NCBI GenBank assembly: GCA_964406075.1
Contig: CAYOQI010000003.1
Span: forward strand, 76,718 to 140,717
From: an uncultured Pseudomonadales bacterium
GTDB taxonomy: Bacteria; Patescibacteriota; Microgenomatia; UBA1400; PJMF01
Direction of reading: 5' to 3'
DNA: 64,000 nucleotides
Part shown: piece by piece, positions 36,401-44,164 of the stretch
How positions within the stretch are numbered: the first letter of the stretch is position 1
Layout of the letters: every line of letters starts with the position of its first letter
Translations under genes and position numbers: made by a program
The notes under the pieces: model-generated
The model's input: the letters and a program-made list of their open reading frames with translations, nothing else
Databases searched by the model: none
Told to the model about the DNA's origin: nothing

Positions 36401-38232
36401 CTCAGAATCTTTCAGTAGTGACTGCTCCAGCAGTCTGTGGAAATGGTCGAATCGAACCTGGCGAAACATGTACGAATTGTCCTGCAGACGTCGGAAGCTG
36501 TGTGGTAGGTGATCCACCAATTTGTGGAAATGGAACGATTCAAGCAGGGGAGACATGTACGAATTGTCCTGCTGATGTAGGTGCTTGTCCGCCTGTTAAT
36601 GGATGTACCCCTTCATGTACTGGAAACTTATGTGGCCAAGCCGATGGGTGTGGTGGGTTTTGTAGCAATCGAGATGATGCGGCTCCACCAGCTCCAACAG
36701 CAGTCTCTCCAATCAATGATCAACTCGCTCCAACTACTGGAAGCCCTGATAAAACAGTCACTATACAATTCACAACTCAAGCCGATCCCAATTACGATGC
36801 ATCGAATGTCATACTTCAAGTCTATCCAACAGTCGGAAGTCCGAGTTGTAGTGGGGGTGTGTGTAATTGTGATGATGGATTTTGTGGTCTTGTTCCAGCG
36901 GCTACAAATGCAGCACCCGATAGTTCTATTACCTATAACTTCACAATCCCAGCAGCGGTATTTGGTCGATATCCTCAATATCAGTGGAGAGTTCAACATC
37001 AAAATGCAACCTGTACAGATAGAGTTGGAAGTTTTGGAAATTGGAATTACTTCAGAGTGGGAGATGTGATTACAGGAAATGTCTACAGAGATAATGGCGG
37101 ACCCTATGGTGCAACATGTACAACCTTGGGACCTCTAGAACCATATACTGATGGTGGAACGGTAACTCTCGAAGGAAGTGGGCTCTCTGCGAACGTGGCT
37201 GCAGATGGCACATTCTCTCTTTCTGGACCGGCCTCAGGCAACTCGCGAGTCAATTTTAATCCTGTAGATCCAAACGAACAATGCGTCTGTCCAAACAATG
37301 GTCAATGCCAACATGTCAGTTTATCCAGTCCATATAGTCCAATCCGTTTCTTTGTCAGACCATTCGATGTTCGAGATGCATGGTGGCAAGTAGAAGGTGG
37401 ACATATCATGGCTGAGGATACAGTTGCTTCACAAATCCCAGTAGAGCCGTGTGAGTTTGATACAAGTTGTGATCCATACTTAACCCTGCCTGGAGTACCA
37501 GGGAATGGGGAAACTGCTGGAATAGTTGTTGTTGCAGATACAAATCCTGCTGCAGTCGATACGTCAGATGCTTCTGGAAGTCAATCAAATCAAGTAGCCC
37601 AAGCTGGAAATGCGGTTGTTCGTGGAAGTGAGATTGCAGGAACACGCGAAAATTATGACTACTTCTATCGAAGTTTCAGTATAGGAATTAATCCTGCTCA
37701 AGATACGAGTATCGAACCGCTAGCAAATGCACCCAAGCCCACAGCCGCCCCATTGAATGGACGTGCATATGTCGCCAATGGCAATGTGACTATCAACAAT
37801 GCTACTTGGAATGTTGGAGCAGGGGAGAACATCGTCGTATTTGTGGATGGTGATTTAAATATTCGTAATGATATTCAAGTTGCGGAAGGTGGATTCTTAG
37901 GCTTTATGGTGAGTGGTGATATCACAATTGATCAAAATGTCTGTCAGCCAAACCATCTCAGCAAAGAGCCGGTGGTGGAAGGTATTTACTTAGCTGATGG
38001 GGTATTCACTGTGGAATCTCGACCAAATGGAGACTGTAAATTTGTCGGAGGTGGCGTATTTGTAGGCTGGAGTGGTGTAGATTTGCAAAGAGATTTCAGA
38101 AACGCTGGAAATCAAGAAACATGGAATGGCCAAGCTCCAACTGAACTCTTTATTTACCGCCCAGATCTGGTTTTCAATATGCCTGACCGAATGTCTCGAC
38201 CTTTGTATCAGTGGCAAGAAGTGGCACCGTAG
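33421..38232 (+). CDS. 1603-aa secreted/surface protein with a Cys-rich N-terminal region, tandem Ig-like modules and CGNG Cys-rich repeats
   Basis: Signal-anchor MKNKHLFL..FFIIFFVCCF, PTPTP linkers, three ~190-aa repeats, and two CGNGxIxxGETCTNCPADVGxC units. Confidence 0.7.
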   Translation: MKNKHLFLRYIAHLKKKGIFFIIFFVCCFLFNHRSFVSADLQCGAGSVCTGTNAYLKVGACVVNGNRCDNASLTYNAPHSCPTTGGSGTCVAFAPGKDGCTMFTPSPGSGSTCACSAAGAPAGFCNTGNIGAACGSGAPYSGVCDCEGGEPTCPLPQGGDLGCCLAATPTPPSGGNTPTPRPTNTSAPVSTPTPGGGGGNTPTPAPTSTPIAGSPRGWHDGANCNTIWGWTCDPNNYSTALTVNLYRDGPPGTGTFITSVIANVPRDIGVSGNCNGVANHGFEIVTPASLKDGMLHPIYAEAVNIGAGSNRLLSQTPITVQCAGPTSTPTLTPTPTPLPPVPSCTVSLSPAGALSMNPPNTMNLTATATTANGTVNEVRFSSTNATVASVTPAVDNASAYVTSVQANAAGSATVRADVVMSNGSIMCSTTKAVTVTTPPVANPTVTLTANGNAGSTTIAYNTAATLNWTSTNATSCTASVGWTGSKSITPGNESTGNLTANRTYTLTCQNSAGVTASATVTVIVTPPVPSCTVSLAPAGSLNMNPGNNVNLTATANPSNGTVNEVRFSLTNSTVATVTPTVDNSSPYVTNLRANSAGSTTVRADVVMSNGSIMCSTTKAVTISNTATSTPAPTSAPPTVNLTANGQPVTVTILYNTTAALSWSSTNATSCVSSGGWTGSRPTGGNASSAPLTSNTTFTIQCTGPGGTATSNVLVIVQPPVPSCTVSLAPAGALSMSPGNLTNLTATANASNGTVNEVRFSSTNATVASVTPTVDNTVTYTTGLRANALGSATVRADVVMSNGSIMCSTTKAVTVTNPPVANPTVTLTANGGSGSITIPYNTSALLVWSTTNAVSCVASGAWTGSRPISGNQGTGNLTVSQTYSLTCQNSAGVTAVATVSVIVQPQTATCSIVLNPAGNTSLAVGEIRIMEALVTSAGGTFNGVEFFSSNNGIAQFNPVSDISSPYRSTLSGFGVGSVTLTYRGYMNGIQRCQTTQNLSVVTAPAVCGNGRIEPGETCTNCPADVGSCVVGDPPICGNGTIQAGETCTNCPADVGACPPVNGCTPSCTGNLCGQADGCGGFCSNRDDAAPPAPTAVSPINDQLAPTTGSPDKTVTIQFTTQADPNYDASNVILQVYPTVGSPSCSGGVCNCDDGFCGLVPAATNAAPDSSITYNFTIPAAVFGRYPQYQWRVQHQNATCTDRVGSFGNWNYFRVGDVITGNVYRDNGGPYGATCTTLGPLEPYTDGGTVTLEGSGLSANVAADGTFSLSGPASGNSRVNFNPVDPNEQCVCPNNGQCQHVSLSSPYSPIRFFVRPFDVRDAWWQVEGGHIMAEDTVASQIPVEPCEFDTSCDPYLTLPGVPGNGETAGIVVVADTNPAAVDTSDASGSQSNQVAQAGNAVVRGSEIAGTRENYDYFYRSFSIGINPAQDTSIEPLANAPKPTAAPLNGRAYVANGNVTINNATWNVGAGENIVVFVDGDLNIRNDIQVAEGGFLGFMVSGDITIDQNVCQPNHLSKEPVVEGIYLADGVFTVESRPNGDCKFVGGGVFVGWSGVDLQRDFRNAGNQETWNGQAPTELFIYRPDLVFNMPDRMSRPLYQWQEVAP
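34435..36129 (+). repeat. three tandem coding repeats of 561, 576 and 558 bp inside the giant gene
   Basis: The units start at 34435, 34996 and 35572, each with PPVPSCTVSL(S/A)PAG... A divergent fourth module follows. Confidence 0.8.
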
Positions 38233-38349
38233 CTTATTGATTTGTTCATTGGTTCGCTGGTTGAGTCATTGAAAGAAAAAGGCAAGGTTCACAGTTAAAT
38301 CTACAAATGGCAAAACAAGCTTCTTTCAGTTGTAAGGTATAATTTCCTC

Positions 38350-39177
38350 ATGAATGTAGAATTACCGATATTGTTTGAAGATGAACATGTAGTTGTGGTC
38401 ATGAAACCGGCTGGAGTGGTGGTGAATCGTTCTCACACACACCAAACTGACACAGTGCAGGACTGGATGGAAAAAACCTATCCGCAACTCTTTACGACGA
38501 TCGATGAAGTAACAGAAGAAACGCAATTGTTTCTCGATCGATCAGGGATAGCGCATCGTTTAGATAAAGACACTTCTGGGATACTGCTCTGTGCAAAAAC
38601 ACCTCAATCACTAGCGCAACTCTTTTCCCAGTTTAAACAGCGACAGATACGCAAAACCTATCTCGCTTTAGTTCACGGAAAACTGATCCCATCAGAAGGG
38701 GAAATTAATTTACCTCTTGGTAGAGATAGTAAATTCCGTTTACGATTTGCAGTCAGAGAAGGTGGAAGAGAAAGTCAAACATTGTATAAAACACTGCATT
38801 TTTTTCCACATTTTCAAATTGATCTTTTTGAAAAACAAAAAGATCGACCCGAGTTCACATCAAATCTACAAGGACAATCGAAAAATTTTCGAAGAGCTAT
38901 TAAAAGTTATCAGGGGTTCTCATTGGTAGAACTGCATCCTTTGACTGGACGTACTCATCAAATTCGGGTTCATATGTCTCATCTTCATCATCCACTGGTT
39001 GGCGATCAACTCTATGGCGGAAAGCGGAGGCAAGTTCTCGATATGATGTGGTGTCCACGACATTTTCTCCACGCGGCTGAGCTTATTTTCAATCATCCAA
39101 TATCAGGAGAAGTTGTTACTGTTAAATCATCTCTACCGAAGGACTTAGTTGAAGTCTTGAAATATGTTGAGGTTTAA
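38350..39177 (+). CDS. RluA-family pseudouridine synthase
   Basis: HRLDKDTSGILL catalytic Asp motif and GRTHQIRVH. Confidence 0.8.
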   Translation: MNVELPILFEDEHVVVVMKPAGVVVNRSHTHQTDTVQDWMEKTYPQLFTTIDEVTEETQLFLDRSGIAHRLDKDTSGILLCAKTPQSLAQLFSQFKQRQIRKTYLALVHGKLIPSEGEINLPLGRDSKFRLRFAVREGGRESQTLYKTLHFFPHFQIDLFEKQKDRPEFTSNLQGQSKNFRRAIKSYQGFSLVELHPLTGRTHQIRVHMSHLHHPLVGDQLYGGKRRQVLDMMWCPRHFLHAAELIFNHPISGEVVTVKSSLPKDLVEVLKYVEV

Positions 39178-39210
39178 AGAGTAGGGACTAGTTGTGAGCG
39201 CTATGGTATA

Positions 39211-40251
39211 TTGTTTCACATGCGAAAATCTGCCCTCGTGTTCAGGAGAAAGACGTTTGATTCTCCGAGTAGTACTTCATCATCTTTTTTTACCAATTTT
39301 TTAAAATATATTTTTCTTGCTCTGATTGTTGGTATTTGTGCTGTACTAATCTGGTTGGGTTGGCAAGTGTGGCTCTCCGAATACCGAACAACGACATGGG
39401 AAAAAGAGTTTGATCGATTTAATCTGCTCATTCTGATTCCTGACTCAAAAGAAGCACTAAATAAAAAGGTCTATTTTGTGAGTATTGGCGGGAAAGAAGA
39501 AGATAGTTATGTGGCTGAATTACCAGCTGAGCATGAACTCCAAGCGTGGAACAACTACGGACGATTTCGGATCACTGCATTGCCTCAATTGTATGCTTTA
39601 AATGGACATCCTGATCAATTTTTTATCAGCCAACTTGCCGTGCAAACTGGCTTGATTGCAGATGTGGAATTAAAAGAAGATGCAGCGACCGAGTATTCAA
39701 TTACTGATCATCGTGGATTAACTCGCTTTTTTTCACCATTTACTTGGTGGAGCAGACGAAATACGTTGGCTCTTTCTTCACAAGTTCGTATTTGGCGGTC
39801 ACTTGAGGCATTGCGGAATGATCAGGTAGTCAATGTAAGTGAGCAATTAGAAAAAGCACTTACTCAATCTGATACCCAAGCAAATATGAGTCAGCTGAAT
39901 TTTTTACAAAATACGGTCACGGCCAAACAAGGAGAAAGTGTGGCTGTCGTTAATCTGACTGGCATAAATGGTTTGGGTGGGTATATGGCTGAAGTGTTAG
40001 GTGCTCAAGGGTTTCGAGTGGTGCATGTTTCAAGTGACGGCTTTGAACGAAATAAAAAATCAGAAATTATCGTACCTACTCACATGAGTCTCGATTCTCG
40101 TGAAAGGTTTTATTTATCACATCTTTTTCCGGAAGTTCCGCCAAATGTAGTAGATAAAACATTTACCGATAAGTATCGAACAGAATACGTTGTAGTTTTT
40201 GGGGAGGATTTTAATAAATTTATTTCGGAGTGGCAGGTTGGTGGGAAGTAG
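39211..40251 (+). CDS. membrane-anchored protein with a LytR_C-like C-terminal domain
   Basis: N-terminal TM helix. The C-terminal VAVVNLTGINGLGGYMAEVLGAQGFRV resembles the LytR C-terminal domain. The start is ambiguous (39211 or 39220). Confidence 0.45.
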   Translation: MFHMRKSALVFRRKTFDSPSSTSSSFFTNFLKYIFLALIVGICAVLIWLGWQVWLSEYRTTTWEKEFDRFNLLILIPDSKEALNKKVYFVSIGGKEEDSYVAELPAEHELQAWNNYGRFRITALPQLYALNGHPDQFFISQLAVQTGLIADVELKEDAATEYSITDHRGLTRFFSPFTWWSRRNTLALSSQVRIWRSLEALRNDQVVNVSEQLEKALTQSDTQANMSQLNFLQNTVTAKQGESVAVVNLTGINGLGGYMAEVLGAQGFRVVHVSSDGFERNKKSEIIVPTHMSLDSRERFYLSHLFPEVPPNVVDKTFTDKYRTEYVVVFGEDFNKFISEWQVGGK

Positions 40252-40456
40252 TTATTCATTACTAATGAACGGATAAAAGTAATGACATAAATCAGTTGAA
40301 AAGAGGTGATACATTTTAATTACATTTCGCCCGGTTGGGCTCGGAAAGGAACGGCCTTGACATTCGAGGTGATGCACCGTAGTATCTGGCCGGTTAGATG
40401 TAAAAACATTTTATTTCTTGAATTCAGAAAATACACATTTTTAAAAAGGAAACAGC

Positions 40457-41248
40457 ATGAATAATTCGTCATTTTTACTTCAAAAACAAGCGATAGAGCA
40501 CGCTAAAAAAGGTGAGTGGGAACAAGCAAAAGATAAAAACACTCAGATCTTAGAGAAGAATCCAAAAGATATTACTGCGTTGAATCGATTAGGTTTTTGT
40601 TTTATGCAATTAAAAAGCTTGGATGAAGCCAAAAAAGCGTACCAACGTGTGCTCGAAGTTGATCGTTTAAATGCGGTTGCCAAAAAGTATCTTGATTTAA
40701 TGAGCACCAAAAAAACTATCAATTTAAAGCAAATTTCGACCTCACAAGATTTTATTGAAGAGCCGGGTAAATCTCGTGTGATTGTCTTGGATAGATTAAG
40801 TGGTGCCGAATCACTGAATCATTTGTCAGTGGCAAGTTTGATGACCTTGAAACTGAAAGGAAGATTTATCACGGTCAATACGGAAGAAGGTGAGTACATT
40901 GGTTCTCTTCCTGAAGATATTTCATTTCACCTTGCCGGATTGTTGAAAACAGGAAATACCTATACGTGCGTACTGAGATCATCGTCAAAACAGGAATGTT
41001 CCGTTTTTATTAAAGAAACATATCGATCACCTGAAAATCAAAATGTGCCATCTTTTTATTATCATAAAAAGCGACAAGTGGGTGAGATTGATGAAGATTT
41101 GCTCTTAGCAGACATGATGGATGATACATTGACAGAAGATGGTGCAAGCGATGATGAACCAGAGAAAACTGTCGAAGATGCGGATGCAGATGAAGGCACA
41201 AAAGAGCCGATTCCTTCGGATATTTTGGGAGACGTTGAGCGAGAATAA
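40457..41248 (+). CDS. TPR-repeat protein with an acidic C-terminal tail
   Basis: TPR-like AxxGxWxxA/ALNxLGxCF pattern and a D/E-rich end. Confidence 0.5.
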   Translation: MNNSSFLLQKQAIEHAKKGEWEQAKDKNTQILEKNPKDITALNRLGFCFMQLKSLDEAKKAYQRVLEVDRLNAVAKKYLDLMSTKKTINLKQISTSQDFIEEPGKSRVIVLDRLSGAESLNHLSVASLMTLKLKGRFITVNTEEGEYIGSLPEDISFHLAGLLKTGNTYTCVLRSSSKQECSVFIKETYRSPENQNVPSFYYHKKRQVGEIDEDLLLADMMDDTLTEDGASDDEPEKTVEDADADEGTKEPIPSDILGDVERE

Positions 41249-41295
41249 GTTTAGTTATAAGTGAGTTAGCATTTTTATCACTAAAGTGAGGAACC

Positions 41296-41847
41296 ATGTC
41301 AGGTCATAGTAAATGGTCAACGATTAAACACAAAAAAGGTGTGACAGATGCAAAGCGCGGGAAACTCTTTAGTGAACTTGCGAAAAATATTCGGATTGCA
41401 GTCAAAGAAGGCAAAAGTGGTGATCCGAACTTCAATCCCTCATTACGATTGGCAGTAGATAAAGCCAGAGCAGCAAATATGCCTGGAGATAATGTAAAAA
41501 GAGCGATTGATCGAGGTTTAGGCGTAGGTAAAGGTGGTCAAATCCAAGAAATTACGTATGAAGGTTATGGACCAGCCAGTGTTGGTTTTCTGATATTAGC
41601 GGCAACGGATAATAAAATGAGAACAAGTTCAGAAATTCGAACAGTGTTTGAAAAAAACGGTGGAAGTTTAGGTGGACCTGGGGCAGTCGGATTTCTTTTT
41701 GAATTGACTCCAACCAAAGAATATGTCGTCAAAATTCCTTTGGAAATTTCCGACGAAGAGGTGTGGGCACAACTGGAAGCACTGGAAGAAGCCTTATTAG
41801 AACATGATGATGTGGAGGAAGTTTTCCATAACGGAGTGAAGAAGTAA
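41296..41847 (+). CDS. YebC/PmpR-family protein (short form, 183 aa)
   Basis: MSGHSKWSTIKHKKG...RLAVDKARAANMP...YEGYGP motifs. Confidence 0.8.
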   Translation: MSGHSKWSTIKHKKGVTDAKRGKLFSELAKNIRIAVKEGKSGDPNFNPSLRLAVDKARAANMPGDNVKRAIDRGLGVGKGGQIQEITYEGYGPASVGFLILAATDNKMRTSSEIRTVFEKNGGSLGGPGAVGFLFELTPTKEYVVKIPLEISDEEVWAQLEALEEALLEHDDVEEVFHNGVKK

Positions 41848-41923
41848 TAAGTTGTTTTTCACTTGTTCTGTTCTATGTGGTTTTCTCATGCACAATTCAT
41901 GATCAATCGTTCATAATACTGAT

Positions 41924-42691
41924 ATGCGTCGTAGAGAAAAATTTATCATCAGTGCGATTTTACTTTCCTTAGGTTTGTTGGCTGTTCAATACATTGCATT
42001 GCAGTATCGTTTTTTGGCGGTGTTTGTTTTTTTTGCAGCTTCATATTTAGTCTCCGCATGGGCATTGTTTGAAGATTTGTATGGTGTGGAATGGGTGACG
42101 ATTGTGCCATTCCCAGCCATGTACGCGTTGTCTGTCTCATTTTTCTATTTTTTGTTACCGGACAACTGGATCAGCAGAGTACTTATCCTAGTGTTGTTTG
42201 GTGTAGGCATGTATGCCTTGTATTTGACGTGTAATATTTTCTCGGTGGCGAAAGCAAGAACGATTCAATTACTCCGGGCAGCACAAGCCATTGGGTTTCT
42301 GTTTATCCTTCTGATCTCTACCTTGTTTGCCAATACAATTTTTTCTTTTCATTTTCCATTTTGGACAAATGCTGGACTGCTTTTAGCTTCACATCTTCCT
42401 CTATATTTACACTTGTTGTGGTCAGCCAAAATTCAATCAACCATAGATCCAAAGCTTCGATGGTTAGTGATTCTTTTTTCACTGATGCTGGCTGAGGTTG
42501 GGTTGATCGTTTCGTTATTTCCAGTTGGAATTTGGACAGCTTCGTTGCTGGTGAGCTCATTTATGTACGTGAGTGGGGGAATTGTGCAAAGCTCACTGCA
42601 AGAACGACTATTTCAAAACACCATTTGGGAGTATGTTACCTTTGGCGGGTTCGTAATGTTGTCATTTCTTTTTCTGCTGGAGTGGAAGTAG
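41924..42691 (+). CDS. polytopic membrane protein, unknown function
   Basis: About 7 hydrophobic segments and no known motif. Confidence 0.5.
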   Translation: MRRREKFIISAILLSLGLLAVQYIALQYRFLAVFVFFAASYLVSAWALFEDLYGVEWVTIVPFPAMYALSVSFFYFLLPDNWISRVLILVLFGVGMYALYLTCNIFSVAKARTIQLLRAAQAIGFLFILLISTLFANTIFSFHFPFWTNAGLLLASHLPLYLHLLWSAKIQSTIDPKLRWLVILFSLMLAEVGLIVSLFPVGIWTASLLVSSFMYVSGGIVQSSLQERLFQNTIWEYVTFGGFVMLSFLFLLEWK

Positions 42692-42871
42692 CTGGTAGTA
42701 AGCAGTTACTAGTAGACAGTTAACAGCTTTGAAAGCAAAGCATATAAATTAAAGACCATAATTTTTCCTCAAGTAATAAGCATTTCTTCTCGAGTAGAAA
42801 ATTTTTTTATCTGGTACCAGGTGGGGAAGAGAGGAGTGAGAGGAGAGGATGATAGGGTTTGATATAGTTAA

Positions 42872-42906
42872 GTCCTATAATATTAATTTCGTGAAAATTA
42901 TAGGAC
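42872..42906. repeat. GTCCTATA-type hairpin, copy F2 (perfect 10-bp inverted repeat)
   Basis: GTCCTATAAT-15 nt-ATTATAGGAC. Confidence 0.5.
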
Positions 42907-43250
42907 GTTTATTGTGAAAAGAGGAGTGATGTAAGAATTTTTAAGGGGAAAATGAATATTTTTAAAAATGTGGAAAACTTTTAATTTACTCAAGAGATCA
43001 TCGTTGTTTCCAGAATATGCAAGAATAAATCAGAGTTGTGAGCGATAGAAGGCCATATGTGGGATAAAAAACCCGAATAGGCGTTTATATCAGGTAAGGC
43101 TGAGTGAGGCTCGATAGATGTGCCAGATACAGCAGAGAGAGTGCAATGTAATACTGCATATCAATTTATTCGCAGTTGTGTAGATAAAAGAGAGGATGAT
43201 GAGCTGTTGTAAGATATGCTTCCCCAACATACATCAATTTCTTTCTGCAC

Positions 43251-43280
43251 TATGTCGCAAAAGTATTATTGTGCGACATA
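43251..43280. other. 30-bp palindromic site (12-6-12 layout) built from the ATGTCGCA motif
   Basis: TATGTCGCAAAA-gtatta-TTGTGCGACATA, with 11 of 12 arm positions complementary. Confidence 0.5.
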
Positions 43281-43445
43281 ATTAACTCTGTTGGAGAAGG
43301 GTCTCTCTGTGCAACTCTGTATCCACTTTTGTCACTTTTTATTTTCTTACTCCTCTATTTCGCTGAATTAACCTTGAATTAGTTTTTACTCACCTCTTTC
43401 ACTCCTGTCTCATTTTTTAGAAATCATTAAATCGTATGTTTTCCC

Positions 43446-43485
43446 GAAGCTTAGCCTGGTAATCATATCTACCAGGCTAAGCTTC
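43446..43485. repeat. perfect 16-bp stem, 8-nt loop hairpin
   Basis: GAAGCTTAGCCTGGTA-atcatatc-TACCAGGCTAAGCTTC. Confidence 0.7.
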
Positions 43486-43826
43486 TCTCTATATAGATGA
43501 TGAAATGGTCGTCAATTTTAATAAAAGCCGATTTTAAGCCATTTAAATCGGCCTTTCACCAGGCGGGATTTTTTCATATGGATAAGTACTCATTGGGCAT
43601 ATGAAACACGAGAATTTGAGTATGTTTGGGGCAAAAGGTAACAAAGTATCACGAGACACATCTATGTGAGTCATCACGACAAATTTGTCACTAAACTGAT
43701 GCCAACTTCACTGAGATACAGTTGAGATTCAGCTTTTTTTTAAATAAAAGACTCCTTTGTGCGATTTTAAGAAAACACCTTAAAAAGGAAAAAAGACTTT
43801 TTAGATATAAAGATTTTTATATTCAT

Positions 43827-43856
43827 CTTGACATTAATGTGGATTATGTCGCACAA
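43827..43856. other. candidate dif-like/recombinase site carrying a third ATGTCGCA copy
   Basis: CTTGACATTAA-tgtgga-TTATGTCGCAC. The 12-mer TATGTCGCACAA is identical to the reverse complement of 43269-43280. A fourth copy lies at 43891-43898. Confidence 0.35.
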
Positions 43857-44164
43857 TTCTATTTAATTCTTGATCATACTTGAGAAAATAATGTCGCAGA
43901 ATGATAGTTCCCTATTTATCTTCTATAACATATTTTAAGAAAAAGACGGAAGAGAAGGGAAATTCTTTTTTTTAATCATGGTGCATTTTAGGTTGAATGA
44001 TCAATCCTTGAATCAAGGGAAAAACGATAGCAGTGAAAGCTATTCAGTGATAGCAACTTATAGCGAGTAATCAGGCCTGAGAATTCCTTTAAATCGGTCT
44101 AGTGCCTAGAGGTCGGGTTTAAATTTATTTGTTCATTATTTATACATTTTTTTAAGAATTTATC

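Noticed and set aside
33654-37645. Numerous 60-180-aa ORFs on the minus strand and in other plus frames inside the giant surface-protein gene (for example 33654-34088, 34380-34922, 35517-35939, 36581-37069).
   Set aside because: They lie entirely within a long, motif-rich, repeat-structured ORF. They are explained by its higher GC content and Thr/Ala/Gly/Pro codon bias, which depletes stop codons. None has a start context or a recognisable motif.
40321-40402. GC-richer island in the spacer before the TPR gene. Its GGCTCGGAAAGGAACGGCC resembles the SRP RNA helix-8 sequence GGUCCGGAAGGAAGCAGCC.
   Set aside because: The bases flanking the putative GGAA tetraloop do not pair (CUC versus AGG), and I could not build the conserved symmetric and asymmetric loop helix. 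I am leaving it as unexplained sequence pending a covariance-model scan.
42968-43845. DnaA-box-like 9-mers (TGTGGAAAA at 42968, TGTGGGATA at 43058, TATCCACTT at 43320, TGTGGATTA at 43837) that could mark oriC in the ORF-free region.
   Set aside because: They are mostly one-mismatch (8 of 9) matches to TTATCCACA; 43320 has two and 43058 needs an extra base. They are widely spaced, such matches are expected in AT-rich DNA, and no dnaA or dnaN lies nearby. I cannot compute skew here. The adjacent Xer recombinase fits a terminus or recombination site better.
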